From NCBI GenBank assembly GCA_049322675.1, contig JBMORM010000009.1:92995-156994 (forward strand): a stretch of 64,000 bases of DNA, given 5' to 3'. Positions 27,609-39,175 of the stretch are shown here, piece after piece (position 1 is the first letter of the stretch; each line of letters starts with the position of its first letter). A program made the translations under genes and the position numbers. The DNA comes from Patescibacteria group bacterium (lineage in GTDB: Bacteria; Patescibacteriota; JAHJAL01). The notes beneath the pieces are model-generated. The model saw nothing but the letters and a program-made list of their open reading frames with translations, was not told the origin of the DNA and ran no database searches.

Positions 27609-29231
27609 CTAGACCGGTCGATTTTTTAGGATATTTCTTTGGGAGCGACGATAAAAACCATACAAGATAAACAGGATGGGAACACCGAGAGTAAGACCCC
27701 AACGCAAACCGGTTTTCTGTCCCTCGGACAAAGGTCCGATTGGTCGATCGGTGACACCTTTTGATCTGATTTGAATTAGTGTGTCACCCAGAGTGAGAGA
27801 ATCAAGACAGTTGTAGAAAAACAAGTCATTGCCAGCAAATGACTGACTGAGAAAATCGGAATCGCTGACCAAAATTATTTTTCCTTCGTTTTGAGCTTGT
27901 GCCATGACAACTAGAGGTAAAGGGTCTTTGCTCTGTCTGGTAATACCAAAATCTTGTTCGGGGCCGAGATTGATTGGTTGCAAGGTCTTTTGGGCAGGTG
28001 CATCAGCGTTGCCTTCGGTATTTGTATTAGCTGGTGCGGTTACTTCTTGTTCGGAAATGAGATTATAATACTGAGAAGTCGAAGCAAGTACTTCGGTATT
28101 AACTCCATCTTTTTTGTCTATCTTAATTGGGTTAGCCCAAGGTATAGTAAAAGACTCGAGGTTACTGGTGATCGCGTTATTTTGGTTAATATTGGTAACT
28201 TTGGTAAAAAATGGATATGGCACAGAGTATGTTACATAACCCTGATTGAAACTGGCCATATCATTGCTTGAATCGGCAACCAGTTTGGGTTCGATCGAAA
28301 GTCCCCATTTGGATAATAGATTCTGGTAGTCATTTTCTAATCGAGAAGAAGAAAAAGAGTAGCTCAATTCTTGCTTCATCCGATCAATCAAGAGAATGGC
28401 GTTTTTGCCTTTGGCGACAAAGTCATGTATTTGTTTTGCTTCTTCATCGCTAATCGGTTCGGTAGGACCGGGAATAATCAAGGTATCGATTTCATCAAGC
28501 GGATTGGTTTTATCTTCACCTTCTTTGGTGGACAAATCTATTGTTTTAATATCATAATTGCGAGCCAGTTCTTTCTCAAATTTGTAGTCGGCCCGAGGAT
28601 CGTTGCCGGCAAATTGGGAAGAGGAAGCAAAAGTATGTTCGCCATGTCCGGTTAAAAACCCGATCTTTTTTTGACTTACTGAGCCTACTTTCAAAAGCAT
28701 CGAACCCAAATCATATTCAAGGTTTTCCAGATTTTCTATTACTGGTAATGTTTCTTTATTACTATATCCGGAAAGAACACCGGCTGTTTGGCCAGTTGGA
28801 GTATTTTGAGTTTCGCCTTTTTTGAGAACAGCCAAACCAAAATATGCTTTGATTACCTGCATTTGATCTTTGTCAACCACTTGCAGATCCAAGGCGGGAA
28901 TATTGAGACTTGTCGCCATTTCTTCGGAAGTTTTGTCTTTTGCCGGATCGACAATAGTCAAAGAAATTTTTCCTTTGGCCATATTTTCGTACTCATGAAG
29001 CTTGTCAACGACTTGAGTTTTGGTTGATACAAATTGCGGAGGCAGAGTATCGGAAATAAACGCCTTGATTTCAACACCTTCCGGAAGATCATTGACTATT
29101 TGTTTACTGGCAGATGACAAGGTATAAATTTTTCCTTGCGTAAAGTCAAGTCGGAAAAAAAACAAATTTGACAATAGGTTAACGATGATGAAAATCGAGA
29201 CAAACAAAAATATTTTACTTGAATGAAACAT
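27609..29231 (-). CDS. GldG-like ABC-2 transporter auxiliary component (COG3225-like)
   Basis: 540 aa. An N-terminal TM is followed by LDFTQGKIYTLSSASKQIVNDLPEGVEIKAF, typical of the Gldg family. A C-terminal TM is present. It is the last gene of a three-gene ABC operon. Confidence 0.55.
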   Translation of the reverse strand: MFHSSKIFLFVSIFIIVNLLSNLFFFRLDFTQGKIYTLSSASKQIVNDLPEGVEIKAFISDTLPPQFVSTKTQVVDKLHEYENMAKGKISLTIVDPAKDKTSEEMATSLNIPALDLQVVDKDQMQVIKAYFGLAVLKKGETQNTPTGQTAGVLSGYSNKETLPVIENLENLEYDLGSMLLKVGSVSQKKIGFLTGHGEHTFASSSQFAGNDPRADYKFEKELARNYDIKTIDLSTKEGEDKTNPLDEIDTLIIPGPTEPISDEEAKQIHDFVAKGKNAILLIDRMKQELSYSFSSSRLENDYQNLLSKWGLSIEPKLVADSSNDMASFNQGYVTYSVPYPFFTKVTNINQNNAITSNLESFTIPWANPIKIDKKDGVNTEVLASTSQYYNLISEQEVTAPANTNTEGNADAPAQKTLQPINLGPEQDFGITRQSKDPLPLVVMAQAQNEGKIILVSDSDFLSQSFAGNDLFFYNCLDSLTLGDTLIQIRSKGVTDRPIGPLSEGQKTGLRWGLTLGVPILFILYGFYRRSQRNILKNRPV

Positions 29232-29240
29232 AAAAAATAA

Positions 29241-29966
29241 TTAGCGTTTGTTATAAAGGAAATAGGTATTGAAATAAAGTGCCAAAGCAATAAATGACAG
29301 GTAATATAAGACGTCGCGACTGTCTATAACACCTCTGGTAATTGATTCATAATGAGCACCAAAGCTTATGAAATTTATTATTTCAACTAAGAAATTTGGC
29401 AAGGAATAGGTGACAACCGGCTGCGCCAGGATAAATAAAAAGAAGGAGATCAAGACGGAAATAATAAAAGCGACGATTTGATTTTTTGTCAGAGAACTGA
29501 CGAGCAGCCCCAAAGAAATATAACCGGCGCCGATCAGGAGCGATCCCAAGTAGGAAACTATAGTTGCGCCCCAATCAAGTTTTCCCAGAAAAGATAGGGC
29601 GATTGGTAGTGGCAGAGTACAAGCCAAGGCAATAAAAAGGAAGAGTAAACTGGCACAAAATTTTGATGCTACGATCAAAGGAAGAGGAACGGATGATGTT
29701 AATAAATTTTCAATCGTGCCCTGTCGAGATTCTTCCGCCCATAATCTCATAGTCAAAGCCGGAATCAGAAACAAAAATGTCCATGGTAGAAAATTAAAGA
29801 ACGATCGCATATCTACTTGGCCAACCAGAAAAAAGTTACGGAAAAATAACCAAAAAGTTAGCCCCAATAGCACCATTACAAAAATGTAAGCAATAGGAGT
29901 ATTAAAATAAATACGGAGTTCTTTTTTGACAATTGAGCTAAATTGGATAAAAAATTTAGATGACAT
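29241..29966 (-). CDS. ABC-2 family transporter permease (GldF-like)
   Basis: 241 aa polytopic membrane protein with about 6 TM helices, sitting between the ATPase and the GldG-like gene. Confidence 0.55.
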   Translation of the reverse strand: MSSKFFIQFSSIVKKELRIYFNTPIAYIFVMVLLGLTFWLFFRNFFLVGQVDMRSFFNFLPWTFLFLIPALTMRLWAEESRQGTIENLLTSSVPLPLIVASKFCASLLFLFIALACTLPLPIALSFLGKLDWGATIVSYLGSLLIGAGYISLGLLVSSLTKNQIVAFIISVLISFFLFILAQPVVTYSLPNFLVEIINFISFGAHYESITRGVIDSRDVLYYLSFIALALYFNTYFLYNKR

Positions 29967-29989
29967 AAAAAATTTATAATTTTCAATTT

Positions 29990-30120
29990 AAAATTTACAT
30001 TAAATTTCCAATTTCCAATGATCAATTTCCAAAGAAGGCTCAATTTCCAAACAGATTGTATTCATTGAAAATTGAAAATTAGACATTTTTTGGAAATTGG
30101 AAACTGGAAATTGGAAATCT
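29990..30120. repeat. Inverted pair of GGAAATTGGAAA-family repeats in the spacer between the ABC ATPase and permease genes
   Basis: aatttccaatttccaatgatcaatttccaaag ... cattgaaaattgaaaattagacattttttggaaattggaaactggaaattggaaatc. The two halves are in opposite orientation and can form a long imperfect hairpin. Confidence 0.5.
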
Positions 30121-31042
30121 ATTTCGTGAGTTCGTGGAATATGTCTTCCATGCTGTTTTCTTTGAAAGTTATTTCGAGCAAATCAAAGCCGCGGCCGATA
30201 ACTGCTTTATTGATTTCTGAACGCAAATCGGTGTCGGATTCAATGATAAAAAGATGGATGCCGTGTTGTTTACTTGCTTCTTTTTTGATATTACCGGCAC
30301 CGGGAATTTTTTTGATAGTAGAAATAATATCGTCTGCATCGCCTTTAATTGTGACCAGAATCTGATACGCTGATGCTTGGCCTCTTTTTATATCAGCAAG
30401 GCTACCGTCAGCGACCAAATGACCGTCTTTTATTAGTATGACTCGATCGCAGATGGCCTCAACTTCTTGCATGATGTGCGTGGATAAAATAATGGTCTTT
30501 TCTTTACTGAGAGAGGCGATCAATTCGCGGATTTCAATAATTTGGTTAGGATCAAGACCGGTGGTCGGTTCGTCCAGAATCAAAACTTGGGGATCATGAA
30601 TCAAGGCACAGGCCAAAGCCACTCGTTGTTTGTATCCCTTGGAAAGTTCAGATATATCTTGAAAAGTTTTTTCTTTTAAACCACAGGATTTGATTACTTT
30701 TTGGATGGCGCGTTTTTTGTCATTGCCGGTCAACCCATGAATTTCGGCAGCAAATTCCAATTGTTCATAAACTGACAGCTCAAAGTATAAAGAAGCAGAC
30801 TCCGGAAGGTAACCAATCATATTTTGGGCTGGTATCAGATCGGTAGTCACGTCGAAATCACCCACTTTGACTTGACCGGCGGTTGGCTTCAAAAATCCGG
30901 TAATAATACGCATGGCTGTCGTTTTGCCCGCGCCATTTGGTCCCAACAGTCCGACAATTTCTCCTTTGTTGATAGAAAAATTTACTTCTTTCAGAGCGGT
31001 ATGTGATCCGTATTTTTTGACAAGGTTATTTACTTCAATCAT
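30119..31042 (-). CDS. ABC transporter ATP-binding protein (GldA-like, ABC-2 type)
   Basis: Walker A is LLGPNGAGKTT, with signature LSKGYKQRVALA and Walker B ILILDEPTTGLD. The likely start is MIEVNNL at 31042. Confidence 0.8.
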   Translation of the reverse strand: MIEVNNLVKKYGSHTALKEVNFSINKGEIVGLLGPNGAGKTTAMRIITGFLKPTAGQVKVGDFDVTTDLIPAQNMIGYLPESASLYFELSVYEQLEFAAEIHGLTGNDKKRAIQKVIKSCGLKEKTFQDISELSKGYKQRVALACALIHDPQVLILDEPTTGLDPNQIIEIRELIASLSKEKTIILSTHIMQEVEAICDRVILIKDGHLVADGSLADIKRGQASAYQILVTIKGDADDIISTIKKIPGAGNIKKEASKQHGIHLFIIESDTDLRSEINKAVIGRGFDLLEITFKENSMEDIFHELTK

Positions 31043-31157
31043 ATTTGTTGTGAGGTAATTATTTTTTTCATACTTGTATATTTTAAATAATTTTTTTAAT
31101 TTGAGCAAATATAAAGTTGAGATATAATTTATCTAGTTTTAATAAATAATTATTGTT

Positions 31158-31604
31158 ATGAAAATCTTAAAATACAAAAATTTTCTTTGTCAGATCAATA
31201 ATTCAGTTGGCACAACCATGTTTCAAAATCTTTGGGTTTCAGACGATAATAACGAGATTGATGTAACTCGAGGAGGAGAATTGTCATGTGCGGTTTATGT
31301 TACATCAGTTTTAAAATTGTTTGATTTGTTGCCAACGCAAAAAGCCACTGTGGAAAACACAATTATCGAAATGAAAAAAAATCGCTGGCAGGAGGTTGAG
31401 TTAGGTGATTTGAAAGCGGGAGATGTAATCGTCTGGAATAAGAGAACCGATAAAAACAGTGAAGAACACGGCCATATTGGTTTTTATATTGGCGATAAAA
31501 AAGCGGTGAGCAATAGTACCAAGCTAAAAAAAATCGTCCGCCATGGTTACGATTTTGGCGGACGAAGAGAGATTGTCAAGGTATTGAGATGGAAAAATTG
31601 GTAA
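31158..31604 (+). CDS. Hypothetical protein with Cys...His pattern resembling CHAP/NlpC-P60-type amidase (weak)
   Basis: 148 aa. Motifs are GGELSCAVYVTSVL ... GDVIVW ... HGHIGFYIGD. Confidence 0.3.
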   Translation: MKILKYKNFLCQINNSVGTTMFQNLWVSDDNNEIDVTRGGELSCAVYVTSVLKLFDLLPTQKATVENTIIEMKKNRWQEVELGDLKAGDVIVWNKRTDKNSEEHGHIGFYIGDKKAVSNSTKLKKIVRHGYDFGGRREIVKVLRWKNW

Positions 31605-31607
31605 AAA

Positions 31608-32516
31608 TTATTTGACGATTTCAAAATACAATTTCCCTTTATTGGTTGCTTTGTCCAGAGAGTCGATTTTCATCTGGATTTTTTCTATGCGTAAGTTTTT
31701 TTGAGCTGGTAAAAGTTCTTGCAGATAATATTTTTCCATATCATTAAGATCTTTTTGCTGTTGCAACACTTGTAGCCAACCGTGCAATTTGGTTATTTCT
31801 CGATAGCCGCCGCAAGCTTCGTGGTTAATAAAAAATAGTTGTTCGACATTGTGGCCTTCGACTATTTCTTTAATATATCGATTTAGATAATGGCTTTTGT
31901 CTTTCAAGCCGCACAAAATGCTTCCAGGATATGTTAGAAGAACGGAATTTGATATATAGTTTTTTCGTTTTATTTCCTCGATATAATCTATTGTTTGCAT
32001 AATAAATCTGGGATCAATACAACAGACAAAAATCGCTTGTGGCTTTATTTCATCAATATTTTGATTGAGTGAAACAATATCACAATTTGTTCCTAAACAA
32101 TCATAATAATGGATTTCATTTTTTTGAATTTTCTGAATAACGGTTTGAATTGTTATTTCTCGATTTTGTTCGAGCAAATATTTTTTTGACAAATCAGTAA
32201 ATCTGTTTAGTATTTCCTTATATTCGCCTTGTCCATCACCGATTAATATTATTTTGTTACTATGATGCAGACCGATTGAGGCCAGATCTACCTTTTCGAC
32301 CAATTCTATCTGGTCTTCGGTTTTAGATTGTTTGATAAAATTGTAGTGATCAATACGCGGTTCGGACAAGCTACTCTTGGCATATCTAATGTTGTGCGAC
32401 CATAGTTCTGGGTTACCAATACAAATTACTGCCGCATCCACTTTATGAAAATCTTCGAAGTCAATCAATTTTCTTGGTAAAGTTTCAATTTTCGATTCTG
32501 ATTCTGCGAGTTTCAT
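31608..32516 (-). CDS. Tandem-domain beta-carbonic-anhydrase-like protein (N-terminal copy degenerate)
   Basis: 302 aa. The C-terminal half has CCIDPRF ... INHEACGGY, matching the CxDxR...HxxCG zinc-site signature. The N-terminal half is a degenerate copy (ICIGNPELW ... GDGQGEY). It is a paralogue of the next gene. Confidence 0.4.
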   Translation of the reverse strand: MKLAESESKIETLPRKLIDFEDFHKVDAAVICIGNPELWSHNIRYAKSSLSEPRIDHYNFIKQSKTEDQIELVEKVDLASIGLHHSNKIILIGDGQGEYKEILNRFTDLSKKYLLEQNREITIQTVIQKIQKNEIHYYDCLGTNCDIVSLNQNIDEIKPQAIFVCCIDPRFIMQTIDYIEEIKRKNYISNSVLLTYPGSILCGLKDKSHYLNRYIKEIVEGHNVEQLFFINHEACGGYREITKLHGWLQVLQQQKDLNDMEKYYLQELLPAQKNLRIEKIQMKIDSLDKATNKGKLYFEIVK

Positions 32517-32587
32517 TTTTTTGGGTTAATGATTAAACAAACCAGCATAACAAAATGCTGGTCTGGATTTGACTTTTTGAGGATATA

Positions 32588-33019
32588 TTATAATTTTTCG
32601 AATGTCAATTCGCTGTCGCCCAGGGTTTTCAATATGTATTCCTCGACGACGACATCGGGAAAGCGACTATTTATTCGTTCTTTAATGGAGTGAAGATGCT
32701 CGGTTTGCCTTTTCATGGCTTCTTCTCCTTCAACTCCTTCGATTAATTTATAACCGCCACAACCCTGGTGGCTGATTAAGATAATTTTTTTGGCATGATG
32801 AAGTTTTAGTGAGGCGGCTTCAATGTTATTGAGATAAATATCCACAGTTTCGCTTCTGGCCAAGCACAATGGACCACCGGGATAGGTGTAGGGATCAAAC
32901 TTTTTTATGTCCAGTTCATTTTGGACAAAATCAATAGTTTGTTGCCAAAAACGCGGATCAATACAAAACACAACAGCAGCTTCGACTTCGTGAAAGTTTT
33001 CGTAGTTGTAAGTTTTCAT
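32588..33019 (-). CDS. Single-domain beta-carbonic-anhydrase-like protein
   Basis: 143 aa with VFCIDPRF and ISHQGCGGY about 65 aa apart. The segment FWQQTIDFVQNELDIKKFDPYTYPGGPLCLA closely parallels FIMQTIDYIEEIKRKNYISNSVLLTYPGSILCGL in the neighbouring gene. Confidence 0.4.
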   Translation of the reverse strand: MKTYNYENFHEVEAAVVFCIDPRFWQQTIDFVQNELDIKKFDPYTYPGGPLCLARSETVDIYLNNIEAASLKLHHAKKIILISHQGCGGYKLIEGVEGEEAMKRQTEHLHSIKERINSRFPDVVVEEYILKTLGDSELTFEKL

Positions 33020-33034
33020 ATGAAAAAAATATTA

Positions 33035-33450
33035 TTAATGATTTCTTTTACGATATTTTTCGGCGATTTTGAGGCGGGCCAGTTCGCGTTCGATTTGAGC
33101 GGTCAAGGCGGCAAATTCTTCTCTGTCTGTTACTTTTTGCTGGCGGAGCTCTTCGGCTTGTTTTTTGGCTGTCATGACTCTTTCTTCGACGATTTCTTCT
33201 ATCTTTTCCGCCGCGTCGGCCAAAACGATTACAGTCTTGTCAGTAATTTCGGCAAAACCGCCCAAGATGGCAATAGGAGTTTCTTCTTTGCCTTGTAAAA
33301 AACGTAATTCGCCCGGTTTTAATGTCGTGACAATCGAAATATGCCCGGGCAAAACAGTAATTTCGCCTTGGTTGGTGGTCAAAGAAACTTGATTGACTTG
33401 TTCGTCAAACAAAGTTCTTTCTGGTGAGATTATTTTTAGTTGTAGAGTCA

Positions 33451-33451
<1 letters not shown>
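33035..33451 (-). CDS. atpC: F0F1 ATP synthase subunit epsilon
   Basis: 138 aa. It lies immediately downstream of atpD, with ATGA-type coupling at 33451. Confidence 0.8.
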
Positions 33452-34824
<1,373 letters not shown>

Positions 34825-34891
34825 TTAATAAAAATTTAAGGAGTATTTTGTTAAATTAACAATTAACAATGAAAAATTAACAATAAAAATT

Positions 34892-35257
34892 ATGAAAGAT
34901 AAACAAAATAATGTTATTCAAATAAAATCATTTAATTTTTCAATAAGGATAATAAAATTATCTTTGTATTTATCAAAGCAAAAATGGGAATATATAATTT
35001 CAAAACAGATAATAAGGAGCGGAACTTCAATAGGGGCAAATATAGAAGAAGCAATTGGCGGCTATTCTAAAAAAGATTTTATGAATAAAATTTCTATTGC
35101 GTACAAAGAAGCAAGGGAAACATTATATTGGATTAAATTATTATATGCCACAAATTTTTTATCAGAAAAAGAATATCATTCCATATCAATTGATTGCCGA
35201 GAGCTACTGAAAATTTTAACTAAAATATTGATTACTTGCAAAAAAAGTAAAAGTTAA
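34892..35257 (+). CDS. Four-helix-bundle protein (23S rRNA intervening-sequence protein family, PF05635-like), antisense insertion inside the atp operon
   Basis: 121 aa. The motifs RSGTSIGANIEEAIGGYSKKDF and KEARETLYWIKLL are diagnostic for this family. Imperfect inverted repeats flank the gene (ttaaattaacaattaacaatgaaaaattaacaat / ttaattgttcattgttaattttt). Confidence 0.7.
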   Translation: MKDKQNNVIQIKSFNFSIRIIKLSLYLSKQKWEYIISKQIIRSGTSIGANIEEAIGGYSKKDFMNKISIAYKEARETLYWIKLLYATNFLSEKEYHSISIDCRELLKILTKILITCKKSKS

Positions 35258-35281
35258 TTATTAATTGTTCATTGTTAATTT

Positions 35282-36193
35282 TTAAATGGCATTCGCACCA
35301 GCAACTATTTCTGCTAGTTCTTGAGTTATTGCTGCTTGTCTGGCTTGGTTGTAAGCCAGATTAAGACTATCGATCATGTCGGTAGCCGATTTGTGAGCAT
35401 TTTTCATAGCCAGCATGCGGGCGGAATGTTCGGAAGCGTCGGACTCTAGTACGGCTTGATAGATTTGGAGTTCTAATATTCGAGGCAGGATTTGGTCTAA
35501 GACCAATTTCGGGGAGGGCTCATACCGGTAGTCAATTTTCAATTTCCAATTTTCAATTTTCAAAATATCAGATTTATCATTAGAGACGACTCCGATTTCT
35601 GAATCCGGGCGGGTTTTTAGGGGTAATAATTTTTTAATGATTGGTTGCTGTTTTAGAGTTGAAACAAAGTCGGTATAGACTAGATAAACGGCTTGATATT
35701 GTTTTTGAACAAAACCGTCTAATAATAATTTGGAGATTGGTGAAATAGTTGAGATTTCGTTCAATAAATCAGGTTTGTCAAAATCGGCAGCAATATCGTA
35801 CTTTAGGCGACGAAGTTGGTCACGAACTTTGCGTCCGAAAGTAAGAAAAGTATGATTGATATTTTTCTGTGAAAGTTCTTTACTGCAGGATATACACTTT
35901 TTTAATACATTGCCATTGAAAGCACCGCACAATCCCCTATTTGATGAAACAACTAGGATAGCGGCGTGTTTTATTTTTTTCGGATTTTTAAGCAAGGGAT
36001 GAATATATTTTGGATTGGAAAGAGATATTTTTTCGATTATATTCCAGGCCAAGTTTGAATAATTTCTGGACAAGACAACTTGACTTACCGCTTTGCGCAT
36101 CTTGGAAGCTGCCACTAGCTCCATGGCTTTGGTAATTTTTTTAGTATTTTGGATTGATTTAATCCGATGTTTTATTTCTTTACTTTGGGACAT
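35282..36193 (-). CDS. atpG: F0F1 ATP synthase subunit gamma
   Basis: 303 aa with conserved N- and C-terminal helices (..LAMKNAHKSATDMIDSLNLAYNQARQAAITQELAEIV). Confidence 0.85.
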   Translation of the reverse strand: MSQSKEIKHRIKSIQNTKKITKAMELVAASKMRKAVSQVVLSRNYSNLAWNIIEKISLSNPKYIHPLLKNPKKIKHAAILVVSSNRGLCGAFNGNVLKKCISCSKELSQKNINHTFLTFGRKVRDQLRRLKYDIAADFDKPDLLNEISTISPISKLLLDGFVQKQYQAVYLVYTDFVSTLKQQPIIKKLLPLKTRPDSEIGVVSNDKSDILKIENWKLKIDYRYEPSPKLVLDQILPRILELQIYQAVLESDASEHSARMLAMKNAHKSATDMIDSLNLAYNQARQAAITQELAEIVAGANAI

Positions 36194-36202
36194 AGTACGA
36201 GT

Positions 36203-37726
36203 TTATTTTTGAACGTAATCAATAGTCGTTTTGAATGTTTCGATTGTTTTAATCAATTTCTTTTCGGTTTTTTCATCCAGTTCTTTTTTTTCTTCGATTT
36301 CGGACAATATTTTGCTAGAGTCTGTTTTTAGATAATCATTCAATTCGTTTTGGAAGCGCTTGATGTTTTCGACAGCGATATCATTGAGATAACCATTGTT
36401 GGCGGCATACAATATCACTACTTGATTCGCCACCGGCAAAGGAGAATATTGAGTTTGTTTCAATAGTTCGGTTAAACGTTTGCCGAGTTCGATCTGTTTT
36501 TTGGTTTCTTCATCGAGATCGGAGCCAAATTGGGCAAAGGCTTCCAATTCGCGGAATTGAGCCAGACTCAATTTCAATTTACCGGCGACTTTTTTCATGG
36601 CTTTGATCTGGGCAGTCGAGCCGACGCGCGATACTGACAAACCGATATTCAATGCCGGACGAATACCTTTATAGAAAAGGTCCGCTTCCAGGAAAATTTG
36701 ACCGTCGGTAATAGAAATGACATTGGTTGGAATATAGGCCGAGATATCGCCGGCTTGAGTTTCAATAATCGGCAAAGCGGTTAAAGAACCACCGCCAAAA
36801 TCCTGACTAAGTTTGGCGGCGCGTTCCAACAATCGGGAGTGAAGATAAAAAACGTCACCGGGATAAGCTTCGCGTCCAGGTGGTCGACGCAACAGCAATG
36901 AAATTTGACGATAGGCCACAGCATGTTTGGATAGATCATCATATACCACCAAGACATCTTTGCCTTGATCCATAAAATATTCGCCAATAGCGCAGCCCGA
37001 GTATGGTGCGATGTAATTTAGTGAAGCGGAATCAGAAGCGCCAGCCACAACTACAACAGTGTAATCCATAGCGCCATGTTCTTTCAGTTTATCAATAATA
37101 CGAGCTACTTTGGATTTTTTTTGACCAATTGCGACATAGATACAAATCATGTCTTGGCCCTTCTGATTAATAATGGCATCAATAGCCAAGGCGGTTTTGC
37201 CAGTTTGCCGATCGCCGATAATCAACTCGCGTTGACCCCGACCAATTGGAATAATACTATCAATTGCCAGAATACCGGTTTGTACCGGCTGATTGACTTT
37301 TTTACGCGTAATGACGCCGGGAGCGATTTTTTCCACCGGATAATATTTTTTTGATTTAATCGCACCTTCATTATCTTGTGGCTCACCAAGCGGGTTGACA
37401 ACACGTCCAATCAGGTTATCACCAACAGGAATAGACAAGATTCGGCCAGTGGTTTTTACTTCGTCACCCTCAGACACATTGGAATATTCTCCCAAAATAA
37501 TCGCGCCAATAGTGTCTTCATTGAGGTTTAGAGCCACGCCCAGTTGACCGGAGGAAAATTCGATAATTTCTTGGGACATGACTTGAGATAGTCCGTCGAT
37601 AATAGCTATTCCGTCACCAACTTCCAATACCCGACCAATTTGTTCTACTACCGGTTTTTTTTCTATTTTGGCAAATTCTTTTTTTAGTTCGGAAAGAATG
37701 TCATTTTTGTCTAAAATTTTAGGCAT
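36203..37726 (-). CDS. atpA: F0F1 ATP synthase subunit alpha
   Basis: 507 aa with Walker [10 protein letters not shown] and strong global identity. Confidence 0.95.
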   Translation of the reverse strand: MPKILDKNDILSELKKEFAKIEKKPVVEQIGRVLEVGDGIAIIDGLSQVMSQEIIEFSSGQLGVALNLNEDTIGAIILGEYSNVSEGDEVKTTGRILSIPVGDNLIGRVVNPLGEPQDNEGAIKSKKYYPVEKIAPGVITRKKVNQPVQTGILAIDSIIPIGRGQRELIIGDRQTGKTALAIDAIINQKGQDMICIYVAIGQKKSKVARIIDKLKEHGAMDYTVVVVAGASDSASLNYIAPYSGCAIGEYFMDQGKDVLVVYDDLSKHAVAYRQISLLLRRPPGREAYPGDVFYLHSRLLERAAKLSQDFGGGSLTALPIIETQAGDISAYIPTNVISITDGQIFLEADLFYKGIRPALNIGLSVSRVGSTAQIKAMKKVAGKLKLSLAQFRELEAFAQFGSDLDEETKKQIELGKRLTELLKQTQYSPLPVANQVVILYAANNGYLNDIAVENIKRFQNELNDYLKTDSSKILSEIEEKKELDEKTEKKLIKTIETFKTTIDYVQK

Positions 37727-37843
37727 ACAAAAGATTTAATTTTTAATTTCTAATTTAAAATTTTCAATCATTTAAGAAAATTGCCGATTGCAATATTTAA
37801 GAGTTGATTGAAAATCATAAATCATAAATTGAAAACAAAAAAA

Positions 37844-38284
37844 TTAGATAGATTTTTGCAGCTCTTCAAGAGCAGTTATCAGATTTTTCGGTAATTTTTG
37901 ATCTCGCTCGACCGGTCTTTTTTGTAGGATTGATTTTACGGAAAAATCAATTTTCCAATCTGAGGAATACACAATCTGGCCACCAATCAATTTTTCGTCG
38001 ATAATATTGGATACCTCCACTGGTTGATCAATTTTTTTTGATATGGTTTCGGATAAATGATGAAGGTTATTCAGTGGCGAAGAAGATACGATATCGATAA
38101 AAAGTGTTTGGTTTTTGCGATCAATCAAATCAGATATTTCTTCAATAATTTTTGGCAACTTGTCTTGATCTTTTTTTGATACAACAAAAGTTACAAAATC
38201 GAGGATGATTTTTTTACGAAGGGGTCGGTTGCCCGACAGTGAATCATACAATAGATTGGCATATTGTTGAGGACTGATTGACAT
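37844..38284 (-). CDS. atpH: F0F1 ATP synthase subunit delta (OSCP), short form
   Basis: 146 aa. Assignment is by position between atpF and atpA plus OSCP-like helical composition. Confidence 0.6.
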   Translation of the reverse strand: MSISPQQYANLLYDSLSGNRPLRKKIILDFVTFVVSKKDQDKLPKIIEEISDLIDRKNQTLFIDIVSSSPLNNLHHLSETISKKIDQPVEVSNIIDEKLIGGQIVYSSDWKIDFSVKSILQKRPVERDQKLPKNLITALEELQKSI

Positions 38285-38829
38285 TATTTATTGATTAATG
38301 ATTCCAGAGATTGCTTGATCATTTCTCGATCGGAATCTTTGGTTATTTTTTTCGCTAAAACTTGTTCGGTAATCGAAATAACCAAGTCAGACAGATCCGA
38401 CAAGATATCGTTTCTAATTTTTGAGGCCATGGAAATGTTTTGTTTTTGCGCTTTGGCAAGTATAGCTTCTGCTTCGAGTTTGGCGACTGACAAAATTTCC
38501 TCTTTTTGGGCCGAGGCAGAAACCGTGGCAATCTGTATGATTTCTTTTGCTTCAATCCTGGCTTTTTTTAGGCTCTCTTCTCTTTCTTTGGCAATTTTCA
38601 ACAACTCTTCTTCAATTCTTCCGCTATCTTCCAGGCTTTTTTTTATCTTTTCTTCTCGACTGCGTAACAGATTCAAAATAGGTTGATATAAAAAATGATT
38701 TAGTACCAACAACAAGATAATAAAATTAATTACTTGAGCGAGAAAAAGTCTCCAGTCAATACCCAATTTTGAAATTAGATCCATAGATTTTGTTATTTTT
38801 ATACAAAAGTTCCAAGTTTCAAGCCCCAA
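38284..38829 (-). CDS. atpF: F0F1 ATP synthase subunit b
   Basis: 181 aa with an N-terminal TM followed by a long charged coiled coil. Confidence 0.7.
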   Translation of the reverse strand: MGLETWNFCIKITKSMDLISKLGIDWRLFLAQVINFIILLLVLNHFLYQPILNLLRSREEKIKKSLEDSGRIEEELLKIAKEREESLKKARIEAKEIIQIATVSASAQKEEILSVAKLEAEAILAKAQKQNISMASKIRNDILSDLSDLVISITEQVLAKKITKDSDREMIKQSLESLINK

Positions 38830-38877
38830 GCTTCAAAAATAGTAATCTTTGCGACTTGCGACTTGTGCTTGTAACCT

Positions 38878-39123
38878 TTAGGCAAATTTAATAATCAAAG
38901 CGATGACCAATGCATAAATCGCAATAGCTTCCGCGAAAGCAACTGCCAAAATCATAGCTGTTTGAATTTTTGGGGCTGCTTCTGGATTACGACCAATCGC
39001 TTCTACCGCCTTGGCTGCCATTTTTCCGATTGAAAAGGCTGGAACCATGCCGCCAATTGCGATAGTTGCTGCAGCGGCGATAATTTTGTACATCTCCAAA
39101 TTACTGCTAACTTCTCCTTCCAT
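38878..39123 (-). CDS. atpE: F0F1 ATP synthase subunit c
   Basis: 81 aa hairpin proteolipid with GRNPEA and AFAEAIAIYALVIAL motifs. The conserved acidic residue is in helix 2. Confidence 0.8.
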   Translation of the reverse strand: MEGEVSSNLEMYKIIAAAATIAIGGMVPAFSIGKMAAKAVEAIGRNPEAAPKIQTAMILAVAFAEAIAIYALVIALIIKFA

Positions 39124-39175
39124 AGTGACTCCTTGACTTAATTATTTAATTATTAATAATCTCAAAATAGCTATG

